From Bacteroidales bacterium OttesenSCG-928-B11 (GTDB lineage Bacteria; Bacteroidota; Bacteroidia; Bacteroidales; WCHB1-69), in assembly GCA_030267125.1 (NCBI GenBank), contig JAJDJJ010000001.1, forward strand, positions 78,027 to 142,026: a stretch of 64,000 nucleotides of DNA, given 5' to 3'. Positions 37,301-46,677 of the stretch are shown here, piece by piece. Position 1 is the first letter of the stretch, and each line of letters opens with the position of its first letter. The notes under the pieces were generated by a model that saw only the letters and a program-made list of their open reading frames with translations, was not told the DNA's origin and searched no databases. The translations under genes and the position numbers were made by a program.

Positions 37301-40295
37301 ATTGGTGCAGGCAAACGAAGTTTATATGGTCAACAAATCGCATACATATAATGGTAATAAAAAGAAAATGACTGTAGAACTGCACTCTTTTCGCGATCAG
37401 TATCTCCCAGGGGAAACCGTTACGTTAAGTTTGCAAACAACCGATGAAGATAAAAAACATCCGAAAACAGAGCTCCTTTGCGCCATGTACGATGCGTCGC
37501 TGGATATATTCGGCGAAAACAAATATTATCCATTTCATAATCGGATAAATTCTATTTCGTTATCTTCATTGCGCTATTCCCGAGGGGGACGTTCAATCTA
37601 TTTGAATTATCATCGTTCTGGAAATTACTTATTTAGTTACGATAATGTGAAATTTATTGGGATTAGTGACATTTGGAATTTTAATCCATGGGTGGTATAC
37701 GCTAATAATGCAGGTGGAGATTATTTTAGTCGAAATTTTGATGCGGAAATTTTCGACGAACTTGTCCTGATGGAAGATTCTTCTGTGCCGGGGTTTGGTG
37801 GTGGAGATGGATCTGACGTCAACGGAACAATAGTAAGGCATTCCAAACCAATGATAAGCGGCGAACAACTTCAGAAAAGTCGGAGTAATGGTGATGCCGG
37901 CCTGTCTGATGCTACCTCTTCAGCTCCTGAATTATCATCCTTTCGCACCAATTTTGCTGAAACAGCCTTCTTCTATCCGCATTTGCAAACAGATGAAAAA
38001 GGAGAAGTCTCTTTCACGTTCACGATGCCGGAGAGTTTGACAGCGTGGCACTTCCAAGCCGTGGCGCACACAAAGGACTTGAAAATGGGAGTATTGTCCA
38101 AGCAATTCAAGACTGTCAAACCGTTGATGGTGGTGACTAATCCGCCTCGCTTCTTTCGTGAGGGTGACACCATCGACTTCAGTGCTAAAATTGTGAGCCA
38201 GTTAGAAGAAGATTGTCGTGTTGTGGTCAACTTGCAATTGTTGGATGTTGAAACTGGAATCCCTGTTCGTTTTCAGCCAGACAGCAAAGTTGTTGACACG
38301 TTAACGGTAAAAACCAACGAAAGCACGTCTTGGCAATGTCGCTTTGTGGTACCTAAAGAGACACGGGGTATCACTTACCGGATCATGGCAAAGATGATTG
38401 GTTCAGTAGTGATGGATGGAGTGGAAATAACCCATAGCGATGGCGAAGAGCAGACCATTCCCGTGCTTCCCAACCGTACTTTGGTGACCGAAAGCATGCC
38501 TCTCTTTGTTGGAGGGAAACAGACGAAGGCGTTTGTGTTTAAGACGATGAAAGAAAATAACTCTCCAACGCTCGAAAACTTCCGTTATACTGTGGAGTTC
38601 ACCGCTAACCCGATTTGGGAGGTGTTGTTATCGTTGCCCTACATTATGGAATATCCTCACGATTGCAATGAACAGATTTTCAGTAGACTGTATGCGAATA
38701 GTGTTGGTGCGATGGTGGTGGATAGCCGCCCCGGAATCAAGGCGGTTTTCGCCCAATGGGAGAAAGAAGGTGCCTCTGCGCTGCAATCGCCCTTGGAGAA
38801 TAATCCGGAACTGAAAGGTGTTTTGTTGCAAGAAACACCGTGGTTAGTGGAAGCAGAGAATGAAACGCAACAACGGAAAAATATCGCCAAACTTTTTGAT
38901 AGAGATAATCTGCAAAAAGAAAACCAATCCGCTTTGCGTAAACTGAAACAAAATCAAAACAGTGATGGAGGTTGGAGTTGGTTTGCGGGTGGAAGATCCA
39001 ACACTTTCATCACCCGTCATATCCTTGCCGGATTTGGCAAACTCAACCGGTTGGGGGTCAATGTGAACACTGATTCTGTTATGATCAATAAAGCACTCGT
39101 CTTCGCAGATCAGGAACAGTTCTACGCATATAAGCAACTTAAAAAGAACAAGGATTTCAATGCGAACAGCCATTATTTATCATCGGATGTTTCGCACTAT
39201 TTGTATTGTAGATCCCTGTTTATTAACAAAAAAATAATCGGAAACGAGCAACAGGAGATGTATGATTTCTATCTGTCCCAAGCGGAAAAAAACTGGCGGT
39301 CGCAATCGTTTTATAACCAAGCATTGTTAGCTATCGCCTTGTATCACAACGATAAAATTGATATTGCTAAAACGATAGTGAAGAACCTGAAGAGCAAAGC
39401 ACAACACAGCGAATCGTTAGGGATGTATTGGAAGAAAGAGGGATTGGGATGGCGTTGGTATGAGGCGCCAATTGAGCGGCAAGCCTTGCTGATCGAAGCA
39501 TTCGCGTTGATAGGCGATGAGGAGGAGAGTGTGGAAAAGATGCGACAGTGGCTACTTTGCCAAAAACAGAGTCAGCATTGGGGAACCACCAAGGCGACCG
39601 TGGAAGCTTGTCATGCTTTGTTATCCACATCCGCGGCAAACTTGCCCGCAACGAATGACGTCATACTTACCATTGGTGATGCTGTTTTCGATTTGGACAA
39701 AACGGCGGCCGAGAGCGGTACCGGTTATTTCAAGCAAAGCTGGAATGGCGTGGAAATCCAATCGGACATGGCTAATATCCATATTACGAAAAAATCTTCC
39801 GATGTAGCGTGGGGCGGTGCATATTGGCAGTATTACGAGGAACAGGAAAAGGTGAAGCCAACGCAAGGCGATCTTTCCGTGAGTAAGAATCTTTATGCGG
39901 TTGTGATGAAGGATGGCAAGGAGCAGCTACTTCCTCTTAACGATGCTTCTCAATTTTCCGTTGGCGACCGCATCCGGGTGCGCATGGAAATTCGCAGCGA
40001 CCGTGATATCGATTTTGTCCATCTCAAAGATTCCCGTGCTTCGGCATTTGAACCGGTGAGTCAACTGTCGGGATATCGTAGCCAGGATGGATTGTGGTAT
40101 TATGAAGCTCCCCGCGATGCCGCGACCCATTTCTTCATCGATTTTCTACCTCGCGGTACTTACGTGATAGAATATACTTTAGTGGCTACACAAACCGGTG
40201 CCTTTAACACTGGTGCTGCCACCATCCAATCGATGTACGCGCCGGAATTTTCAGCGAATAGCGGAGGAGGAGGGAAAGTGAAAATCGGGAATTGA
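34314..40295 (+). CDS. bacterial alpha-2-macroglobulin family protein with thioester motif
   Basis: 1993 aa with a signal peptide. A2M signature RTNFAETAFFYPHLQTDEKGEVSFTFTMPESLTAWHF. CxEQ thioester motif CNEQ at nt 38664-38675. Long MG-domain-like beta regions. Confidence 0.9.
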   Translation: MKRLTVFALLCFPIFLFSQQSAKEMKTVLLHIQELKITTDDYFDSTYHILNQQIENNEGVAMALWESMLGKFLFEYYNVNRYQIGQRTSIVGELPEDFKTWDEETLKSQIHSCFEKSLAEKEGLKNTPVLNYDSLFIAISNPDNANLYDYVMGCYIDICGDIISVGSTVPEISFRKILIPNTEFVNFNYPAIIGDVDMLKLLELYQEYTQYCMKQSKGRVVKTTLKRLSIVKRISHSIYFDEYMEAVLAFEKEQQGKEDYDRLCFEIGNMYYDIAEFGFMTKERNAENCALAISWMEKVIANSSDTTLIKTAKNKIDFIKEKDITLNIESYHPSNQPIIASLEYKNSDTATILIYDLQSEGFPETDRRNTEEWVKKCLKFNYFKQIQLPLITPHQYVYHQADLILPALPSGEYLILALNESVDSVLNREYFSDILDIKQIVVSDLQLLFRENSENLQFFVTNRITGNPLAKANIELAFYEGDSLFQKTNLITDKNGEAKCDIQSVGRKNFSYTILVTYKKETLQYNNYGNLKIRHWERNRQQQRPDMVTYLDRAIYRPGDTVQFKSILCKTMDSECVVLSDSSIQISCRTPNWKILDSMTLKLNDFGSVSGFFIIPKNAETGQYSISAENMASGYKYFQVEEYKRPKFKIGIDKSTNCYEINEQMEITGKVEAYSGYSLEDIQVKYQITSRVYFQTPLGRSGSGGYPIQFTYKTETGLLKTDQDGAFSINLFPNDSIFPELVKEIRYGIVVTATDITGETQETSSTLRVVKNKIEIIPDIPDEVALDQKFSYPIHTTACDGIQQPITLSYTVHRLEAPFQYYHRFDRLGNLLKLGDTTLFEKYFPDYDLYDYGNPEKWKDAGIVTSGTLNAGIDSLLTIAGTKNWKEGHYIVKFEHINVNGDTIRAEKSFRGIKKEEKSCHIYEALWIKSEQDHLFADDVLEFSIGSYCKNAKVLLEVDNQGKVVFSEWITLNKSKELIKIPMLGMTQGDISIQATLVQANEVYMVNKSHTYNGNKKKMTVELHSFRDQYLPGETVTLSLQTTDEDKKHPKTELLCAMYDASLDIFGENKYYPFHNRINSISLSSLRYSRGGRSIYLNYHRSGNYLFSYDNVKFIGISDIWNFNPWVVYANNAGGDYFSRNFDAEIFDELVLMEDSSVPGFGGGDGSDVNGTIVRHSKPMISGEQLQKSRSNGDAGLSDATSSAPELSSFRTNFAETAFFYPHLQTDEKGEVSFTFTMPESLTAWHFQAVAHTKDLKMGVLSKQFKTVKPLMVVTNPPRFFREGDTIDFSAKIVSQLEEDCRVVVNLQLLDVETGIPVRFQPDSKVVDTLTVKTNESTSWQCRFVVPKETRGITYRIMAKMIGSVVMDGVEITHSDGEEQTIPVLPNRTLVTESMPLFVGGKQTKAFVFKTMKENNSPTLENFRYTVEFTANPIWEVLLSLPYIMEYPHDCNEQIFSRLYANSVGAMVVDSRPGIKAVFAQWEKEGASALQSPLENNPELKGVLLQETPWLVEAENETQQRKNIAKLFDRDNLQKENQSALRKLKQNQNSDGGWSWFAGGRSNTFITRHILAGFGKLNRLGVNVNTDSVMINKALVFADQEQFYAYKQLKKNKDFNANSHYLSSDVSHYLYCRSLFINKKIIGNEQQEMYDFYLSQAEKNWRSQSFYNQALLAIALYHNDKIDIAKTIVKNLKSKAQHSESLGMYWKKEGLGWRWYEAPIERQALLIEAFALIGDEEESVEKMRQWLLCQKQSQHWGTTKATVEACHALLSTSAANLPATNDVILTIGDAVFDLDKTAAESGTGYFKQSWNGVEIQSDMANIHITKKSSDVAWGGAYWQYYEEQEKVKPTQGDLSVSKNLYAVVMKDGKEQLLPLNDASQFSVGDRIRVRMEIRSDRDIDFVHLKDSRASAFEPVSQLSGYRSQDGLWYYEAPRDAATHFFIDFLPRGTYVIEYTLVATQTGAFNTGAATIQSMYAPEFSANSGGGGKVKIGN

Positions 40296-40307
40296 GTTGT
40301 ATAAACT

Positions 40308-41156
40308 TCATAATCCCAGTTTCTTCCGCAACGCTTTGTATCCATTGTCGCTCACTAAAATCTTATCGCCATTCTTCAGTGTGATTTGGCGGGTCTGCTT
40401 ACCGTATTGGGCGATACCGGAGATCGTCTCTACATTGACAATGTAGGAGCGGTGGATTCGTACGAAGAGATTCTGCGGAAGAGCATTCTCGAAATACTTC
40501 ATTGTTTGTTCTTTCAGATAAGTGGCATTGGCAGTGTGGAGCTGTACGTAATCGCCGTCCGCTTTCAGATAGTAAAGTTGCTCTACGGGAATGACAACCA
40601 ACTTGTCGCGAACTTTCACCGCAATTCGTTCCAAAATTTGTTCGGCATCCGTTTCCAAATGCGAATCGGTTTTTTTTGTTGAAATGGCGGGTGGGGTAGG
40701 AGGTTCGTGGCATTCTGTCTGTTCGATCTCGAAGGTGTCAACCAATCTGTTTTTTGTTTGAATGTGAACGATATAACAGATGGTCAACGCAACTCCAATC
40801 CGGATGGGAATGGTTGCCGCAATGGTAGCGATGAATGTCTTGCCCATGAAGATGAATGCAAGCAGCAGAGAGATGCCGGGATAGCAGCATAAAACGAAAA
40901 ATAATCCCAATAAAAATATTCGAACTGTTCTCCAGTTGTATGAGATGATTAATGGATTTTGATTTCCCCTGATCATCAAGATCAGATGTAACAAGATGAT
41001 GTTTAAGGACGAGATAAATGCATCAATGATTTTGTGAGATACGGACGCATTGTATAATGGCGTGATTAGCAGATAAAAAAGAACAGCGAAAAGTAGTAGC
41101 AGTAACGCTTTCCGCATGATCTTGATTTTATGGACTAATGATAGGTTTTCAAACAT
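40308..41156 (-). CDS. membrane-anchored LytTR-family DNA-binding protein (no receiver domain)
   Basis: N-terminal region with about 5 TM segments. C-terminal LytTR domain (IPVEQLYYLKADGDYVQLHT...VRIHRSYIVNV). Confidence 0.85.
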   Translation of the reverse strand: MFENLSLVHKIKIMRKALLLLLFAVLFYLLITPLYNASVSHKIIDAFISSLNIILLHLILMIRGNQNPLIISYNWRTVRIFLLGLFFVLCCYPGISLLLAFIFMGKTFIATIAATIPIRIGVALTICYIVHIQTKNRLVDTFEIEQTECHEPPTPPAISTKKTDSHLETDAEQILERIAVKVRDKLVVIPVEQLYYLKADGDYVQLHTANATYLKEQTMKYFENALPQNLFVRIHRSYIVNVETISGIAQYGKQTRQITLKNGDKILVSDNGYKALRKKLGL

Positions 41157-41923
41157 TAGTCACGGATTTCGATGGTGGAAAAAACAGCTTCGCCGGAAAC
41201 GACCACTACCCGGTCGCTATTCAGTGCTTCGGACATGATGCGTCGGTCATTATTGCTGCCGAAGACGGTACTGACGGTGGAGATCACTTGGCAATCCTGA
41301 GGGAAAATCACCGTCAGGGTTCCGAATACCACCTCGATTTGTAGATAACTCTCGCCTATGGGAATTTCTGTCTTTCGCAAGTCAAGAGTCATCGAGCCAA
41401 AGACGACAGATACTTTTCCACCCACGAATTGTTGTTCCAGAATGATATGTTCACAGTCGCCGAAGACAACGCTTTTGTCGATGAATCCTTCATCACCCGA
41501 TGTGAAATAACGCTTTTTTTCGCCGTGGTGATTGTGTCTGTTCTGAGACACCCAACGTTTTCGTGGTTTGAAGAATGAGCTGATGATGATCGCTGCACCA
41601 CCCACAATCAGCAAAATAGGCCAATAGTTAGTGATGAAATCGGTTTGGATAAACCAAAATTCATCGGGAAAAACACGGCTTAGCTTGGGTAGAATGAAGA
41701 AAGTGCCGACACCCATCATGATGAGTCCGAAAGAATAATCTTTATGGGAAAGAAAAAATAGCCCAATGGCAATCAAGAGCATCTGCCATGAAAAAACAAT
41801 AGTGCGAAACTGCCATGGTAACAATCCCGTATTTGTAAATATTAATACGAATCCCACAATCAATAAAAGTAAGCCAAAGATAATTCCTGATCTCACATCT
41901 TTGTTATTAGTCCTGTTTCTCAT
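41156..41923 (-). CDS. LiaF/YvqF-like membrane protein (putative envelope-stress module)
   Basis: Four TM segments followed by a beta-rich C-terminal domain (VSVVFGSMTLDL...IEVVFGTLTVIFP...VVVSGEAVFSTIEI). The promoter box at 41948 favours the ATG at 41923. The stop overlaps the LytTR start (TAATG). Confidence 0.6.
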   Translation of the reverse strand: MRNRTNNKDVRSGIIFGLLLLIVGFVLIFTNTGLLPWQFRTIVFSWQMLLIAIGLFFLSHKDYSFGLIMMGVGTFFILPKLSRVFPDEFWFIQTDFITNYWPILLIVGGAAIIISSFFKPRKRWVSQNRHNHHGEKKRYFTSGDEGFIDKSVVFGDCEHIILEQQFVGGKVSVVFGSMTLDLRKTEIPIGESYLQIEVVFGTLTVIFPQDCQVISTVSTVFGSNNDRRIMSEALNSDRVVVVSGEAVFSTIEIRD

Positions 41924-41947
41924 CTTGAAAGGTTTTAAATTTTTCGG

Positions 41948-41955
41948 CAAAAATA
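41948..41955 (-). promoter_or_regulatory. -7 box upstream of the LiaF-like/LytTR pair
   Basis: Minus strand reads TATTTTTG, 25 nt before the ATG at 41923. Confidence 0.45.
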
Positions 41956-42118
41956 GAGACTGTCTTGCTGCAATCCAAACAAAAAACGATGAAAACGGAA
42001 ATTTTCCCGATGAACGGAACAATTTTTTTTCCTAATTTAGCCACCTAAAAAATAGTATTTGTTGCTTGGGGTTGATAAATACCGGAATTGATAAAAAAAT
42101 ATTGCGAAAACACTTTAT

Positions 42119-42625
42119 ATGAAACCATTAGTAAGTATTATTATGGGAAGCACCAGTGATCTTCCTGTAATGAAAAAAGCGGCGGATCTTCTCGATGAGA
42201 TGCAGATCCCGTTTGAAATTCACGCCCTTTCGGCGCATCGTACTCCCAAAGAGGTGGAAGATTTTGCCACCCATGCAGCTGAGCGCGGAATTAAGGTTAT
42301 TATTGCTGCGGCAGGTATGGCGGCACACCTTCCGGGCGTGATCGCATCCATGACAACTCTCCCCGTGATTGGCGTTCCCATTAAATCAACTCTGGAAGGG
42401 GTGGATGCACTGCTCGCTATCGTGCAGATGCCTCCGGGGATACCGGTTGCAACGGTAGGTATTGATGCCGCTCTTAATGCAGGATTGTTAGCCGTTCAGA
42501 TGCTGGCTCTTAGCGACCAAAACCTGCAACAGAAATTCGCTCAATACAAGGAGAAGCTGAAAGGGAAAATCGTTAAAGCCAATGAAGAGTTACAAAAAAT
42601 AGAGTATAAATACAAAACAAACTAA
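42119..42625 (+). CDS. purE: 5-(carboxyamino)imidazole ribonucleotide mutase
   Basis: [12 protein letters not shown]...SAHRTP...[14 protein letters not shown]...PVIGVP are canonical PurE blocks. Confidence 0.95.
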   Translation: MKPLVSIIMGSTSDLPVMKKAADLLDEMQIPFEIHALSAHRTPKEVEDFATHAAERGIKVIIAAAGMAAHLPGVIASMTTLPVIGVPIKSTLEGVDALLAIVQMPPGIPVATVGIDAALNAGLLAVQMLALSDQNLQQKFAQYKEKLKGKIVKANEELQKIEYKYKTN

Positions 42626-42635
42626 CAGATAGAAT

Positions 42636-43370
42636 ATGTACAATACAAAAGAACTTGAAAGAATGTATGTGGGTAAAACAAAAGATGTTTACCGGTTGGA
42701 AAATGGAAACCTACTCCTACAGTTTACGAATAAAACAACAATGAATGATTTGGGGGAAGAGGATCCCGGTGGAAATAAAATAGGAAAAGAGGTTGCCGGT
42801 AGCGCTCGGGCTTGCATTCTGATGACGCAGCATTTTTTCAAATTGTTTGCGGATGCGGGAATCCCAACTCACTTGATAGGGATTGATGTGGAAAATTTGC
42901 AGATGGAAGTGAAGCCGGTTACTACTATTGGAAAAGAGACTTTTGTAAATGAAACCGGTGGTGTTGAGTGGATATGGCGAAACCGATTTACCGGAAGTTT
43001 CCGGAAGATTTTCGGACGATATAATAAGAATTTTAAAGATGGAGATATCTTTTCGTCTCCGGTGATTCATGCGACGGTGAAAGACGATGAAGCCGGAGAT
43101 CCTTACATTGAAAAGGACTTCATGGATGCTCTTGATATTTTATCCGGTGATGATTATGATACGCTGAAAGGATATACAAAAGTAATCGGGGAGATCCTAT
43201 ATGCTGAATTCCAGAAGTTGGGATGTGATATTTGGGATTTTAAAGTTGAGTATGGCAGAGACCGGGACGGAAATCTGATTCTGATTGATGAAATTGGACC
43301 CGGTAGCGCCCGCGTTTATAGAGATGGTAAGAAGATGGAGAAAATTGAAATCGGCGAACTGTTTGGATAG
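42636..43370 (+). CDS. purC: SAICAR synthetase (short bacterial type)
   Basis: YVGKTKDVY N-terminal ATP-binding block and DFKVEYG...LIDEI C-terminal block. Adjacent to purE. Confidence 0.8.
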   Translation: MYNTKELERMYVGKTKDVYRLENGNLLLQFTNKTTMNDLGEEDPGGNKIGKEVAGSARACILMTQHFFKLFADAGIPTHLIGIDVENLQMEVKPVTTIGKETFVNETGGVEWIWRNRFTGSFRKIFGRYNKNFKDGDIFSSPVIHATVKDDEAGDPYIEKDFMDALDILSGDDYDTLKGYTKVIGEILYAEFQKLGCDIWDFKVEYGRDRDGNLILIDEIGPGSARVYRDGKKMEKIEIGELFG

Positions 43371-43412
43371 AATCCTGGTGGCAATTCCGTTTTACTAAAA
43401 ACTCATGGTGAT

Positions 43413-43469
43413 CTTAGTGCCCCTTGCGGTTAATTAATTTATTTTCAATTAACCACAAGGGGCACTAAG
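43413..43469. other. 57-nt near-perfect hairpin (23-bp stem, 1 mismatch, 11-nt loop)
   Basis: cttagtgccccttgcggttaatt / aattaaccacaaggggcactaag are reverse complements except at one position. No immediately adjacent T tract on either strand. Confidence 0.8.
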
Positions 43470-43553
43470 TGCACAAAGATATCCCGATATTTTTTACCTA
43501 TTGCAGGAAATTTGTATAAACGGCACACATTTGGGAAGAGTAAGCCTCGAACT

Positions 43554-44081
43554 TCATACTTTCAGTATCGCCTCGTATGGGTCGCCTTCGAGACCGAGTA
43601 GCTGGGCAAAGGCAGGTTCGGTTTTTATTCCTTGTTGCTTGAGTTTGATAACATGGTCCTTGAATGTGTCGCCCATTAGAAGCAAAATACGGTTTTCGAT
43701 GAGCAGATGCCGATAGGATTGTTGTTCCGTGACGGGTAACTTTTGCCCGAAAATCTCAACAGGAAAACTCTCTAACCGGAATGAAGCGATAATCGAGGGT
43801 TGTTGGTGGATATCCTTCTCTTCTAATTTGTATTCGGGATATGACGCAAACTGCTGAAGGCAATCTCGGAATTCGGCAGCGTCTTTGTAGCAGCAGATGA
43901 TATCCAAGTCGCTGGTGTCTATGTCGATGGAAAGAGGTATTGTGCCTGTGAGAATCGGAGTGTATAACTTCAACCTTTCCATCACGCTATGTTCAGTAAG
44001 CAGATGGTATGCCTCTTGTTGACGGGGAGTTCCTTTTTGTAAATAGTTGATTGAAAGGAATAAATTCTTGTGGTTGTTCAT
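43554..44081 (-). CDS. DUF4269-like nucleotidyltransferase-fold protein
   Basis: [18 protein letters not shown] resembles the G[ST]...DxD minimal nucleotidyltransferase motif. Family assignment is from memory only. Confidence 0.45.
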   Translation of the reverse strand: MNNHKNLFLSINYLQKGTPRQQEAYHLLTEHSVMERLKLYTPILTGTIPLSIDIDTSDLDIICCYKDAAEFRDCLQQFASYPEYKLEEKDIHQQPSIIASFRLESFPVEIFGQKLPVTEQQSYRHLLIENRILLLMGDTFKDHVIKLKQQGIKTEPAFAQLLGLEGDPYEAILKV

Positions 44082-44521
44082 TCTCCGATAATTTTAATCA
44101 GTGCGCGTTTTTTTCTTTTACCATCTAATTCATAGTAGAAGATCTGTTCCCACGGACCAAAATCAAGTTGTCCGTTGGTGATAGCCACAACCACTTCGCG
44201 CCCCATAATCGTCCTTTTTAGATGGGCGTCGGCATTGTCTTCAAAGCCGTTGTGCCGATATTGGTTGTATGGTTTTTCGGGAGCTAATTTTTCTAACCAC
44301 ACTTCATAGTCGTGGTGAAGACCGCTTTCATCATCATTGATAAAAACGCTAGCGGTGATGTGCATGGCATTCACTAATACCAGCCCTTCGCGCACACCGC
44401 TCCCGGTAATTGCTTGCTGAACCTCAGTAGTAATGTTGACTAAACCCCTGCGTTGGGGAATGTTGAAAAACAGTTCTTTTCTGTAAGATTTCATAAGATT
44501 GTGATTGCTTTTACTTAACAA
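44078..44521 (-). CDS. YjbQ/UPF0047-family protein (secondary thiamine-phosphate synthase-like)
   Basis: LVNITTEV...[18 protein letters not shown]...[12 protein letters not shown]...[13 protein letters not shown] blocks are typical of YjbQ. Confidence 0.85.
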   Translation of the reverse strand: MLSKSNHNLMKSYRKELFFNIPQRRGLVNITTEVQQAITGSGVREGLVLVNAMHITASVFINDDESGLHHDYEVWLEKLAPEKPYNQYRHNGFEDNADAHLKRTIMGREVVVAITNGQLDFGPWEQIFYYELDGKRKKRALIKIIGE

Positions 44522-45384
44522 CTGATCGTTCTCTCTAAAACTGTGTCGATTAGTTTATCCATGGCGGGTTGATAGTTGGCGGTGAAGTCGCCGGTGAATC
44601 GGTTAGCGATACCCACGCAAACGGTCAACGTTTTGTGTCCCAAAAGTTTCCCTAATCCATAAATAGCAGAGCATTCCATCTCTAGATTCATGATGCGGAG
44701 GCCGTCATATCTAAACATTTCAATGCGTTTTTTCAAATCGGGGAAACGCACCTTGGCTCTGATTTCTCTCCCTTGAGGTCCATAAAAACCGGGGGCGGAT
44801 GCGGTAATCCCATGGGTCATGTCGTGGCCAATGGTTTTCAGCAGATGATCATCCGCAGGAACGCAGTAGGGATACGGTAATTTATCATCCCAGTTAGTCT
44901 GTTTAACAAAATCGTCTGCAATGTCATCACGGAAGATGTCGCCGTGCTGGTAGAAGTGCAGTAATCCATCGAATCCAAATCCAAATTCGGAAACGATATA
45001 GCTTTCAAGAGGTATGTCGGGTTGTACGATTCCGCATGTTCCGATACGGATGAGGTTAAGTGATTTGTGTTCGGCGTTAACCACCCCTTTGTTTAAGTCC
45101 ACATTAGCAAGTGCGTCTAACTCATTGATGACAATGTCGATATTGTCCGTGCCCATGCCGGTGGAAAGCGCCGTTATGGATTTCCCACCTAATAATCCCG
45201 AATGGGTGACAAGTTCGCGGTTTTGTCTTTTTACCGTGATGGAATCGAAACGTTTGGATACCGATTCCACGCGGTCAGGGTCGCCAACTAAAATGACGGT
45301 GTCACCTAACTCTTCGGAAATTAAATTGAGATGGTATATTTTGCCTCCATCTTTTAATGGCATTTCTGATGATTTGATTCTCAT
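44515..45384 (-). CDS. nucleoside phosphorylase (PNP/UDP family 1)
   Basis: 289 aa. [25 protein letters not shown] and EMECSAIY blocks of uridine/purine nucleoside phosphorylases. Confidence 0.8.
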   Translation of the reverse strand: MRIKSSEMPLKDGGKIYHLNLISEELGDTVILVGDPDRVESVSKRFDSITVKRQNRELVTHSGLLGGKSITALSTGMGTDNIDIVINELDALANVDLNKGVVNAEHKSLNLIRIGTCGIVQPDIPLESYIVSEFGFGFDGLLHFYQHGDIFRDDIADDFVKQTNWDDKLPYPYCVPADDHLLKTIGHDMTHGITASAPGFYGPQGREIRAKVRFPDLKKRIEMFRYDGLRIMNLEMECSAIYGLGKLLGHKTLTVCVGIANRFTGDFTANYQPAMDKLIDTVLERTISC

Positions 45385-45512
45385 GATCGTATATTTAAAA
45401 TGTTACTATTTCATAACCTGAAAACGAGCGGATTGTTTTGTGTAAGAGAAAAGAATGTCTAATAAAGTGTTGAATTGAAGTGCTTGATGTTAGAAAATTC
45501 TGTAGGTGGAGA

Positions 45513-45560
45513 GATAAAAAAATGACCAAATGTAACTTAACATCCGGTCATTTTTTTATC
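45513..45560. terminator. bidirectional terminator downstream of the DUF1573 gene
   Basis: gataaaaaaatgacc-(18 nt)-ggtcatttttttatc, a perfect 15-nt inverted repeat that includes A/T tracts. Confidence 0.75.
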
Positions 45561-45577
45561 TGAGGTATATCATTTTA

Positions 45578-46666
45578 TTATTTTATCACTTTTGCACTGT
45601 AATTAACTACGATTACATCGTTTGCAGGATCGTTAGTGATAAATTCGACCGTCCCTTTTGCATTTCCAACTCTACGAGGATAATATTTTAAAGAAATGGT
45701 TTCCGATTTGCCAGAATCGATGGTTATAGTTGTTACGGTTGTCGTCATATCGCGGTGTGACGATGCTATTTTGCGGATGATAAGTGGGTTGCGACCTTCG
45801 TTCTTGATGGTGATCTCAGTCTCTTTATTTTGGTTGACTGTAACTTCCCCCATATCGATCGTGTTGCTCTCTATGGTAGCCTTGGGCGCTTTCGCTAAAT
45901 TCACTTTCGCAAAATCTTCCCGGATAGTGGCATTGAAGCTCACAGCCTTTTTTGCATCCAAAGAATCGGTAGTTTTCAAGATGATATGCTCATTGATCGT
46001 GCCGAAATCATTCTTCTTTGTGGCGTCATATTTGAAAACGATGATCTCTTCCTTGTCGGGTTGGATCTCACCCTTGAAACTCCTGTACACCTCGGTGATA
46101 TATTCAGGTAGTTTCTCATATTCCACAGTGATGGGTTTAGTCCAAAAGTTTTTCACAGTGATAGTATCCAAGTGGGTTTCCGTATTTTTGATGGTGAATT
46201 TGATGTTGGGGTCTTTCACGCGCATCATACCGGTACCTATTTTGTAACCAGCTTGTTCGAAAATTGTAGGAGGTCTTTTTTCAACATTTCCTTTGAGATA
46301 GAGAACATAAGGAGAAGCTTTGCTTTCGCCTTGAAATTTCGGTTCATTGGTGGTAACTCTAACGTTTTTGTTGATGCCTCCGGGGCGACCGGATGGGTTG
46401 TACGCAGCATCGATAAAGCCTTTTTCGCCGGGAGCAATGGGTGTTCTGGTGTAATCTGTAGCGGTACAGCCACAACTGGCTTTGACTTGGGTTAAGACTA
46501 ATGCGCTGTCACCCACATTCGTAAATTCAAATCTACCGGTTTGTCTTCCCCCTTCTTCCTTGATGGTGCCAAAATCGTGTGTAGTTTTTTCAAATTGAAT
46601 TTTGGGTTGTGCAAAAGAAATCATTCCTAACAACACAATCCATAATGTAAATCCGAATTTTTTCAT
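45578..46666 (-). CDS. DUF1573 domain-containing secreted protein
   Basis: Signal peptide. HDFGTIKEEGG...FEFTNVGDSALVLTQVKASCGCT is the hallmark DUF1573 block, and a second degenerate copy lies near the C-terminus. Confidence 0.8.
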   Translation of the reverse strand: MKKFGFTLWIVLLGMISFAQPKIQFEKTTHDFGTIKEEGGRQTGRFEFTNVGDSALVLTQVKASCGCTATDYTRTPIAPGEKGFIDAAYNPSGRPGGINKNVRVTTNEPKFQGESKASPYVLYLKGNVEKRPPTIFEQAGYKIGTGMMRVKDPNIKFTIKNTETHLDTITVKNFWTKPITVEYEKLPEYITEVYRSFKGEIQPDKEEIIVFKYDATKKNDFGTINEHIILKTTDSLDAKKAVSFNATIREDFAKVNLAKAPKATIESNTIDMGEVTVNQNKETEITIKNEGRNPLIIRKIASSHRDMTTTVTTITIDSGKSETISLKYYPRRVGNAKGTVEFITNDPANDVIVVNYSAKVIK

Positions 46667-46677
46667 GATGATTGATT

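Noticed and set aside
42636-43370. Short (244-aa) purC considered as an atypical or truncated SAICAR synthetase
   Set aside because: Length and both conserved blocks match the ordinary short bacterial PurC type, and the gene sits next to purE. Nothing is anomalous.
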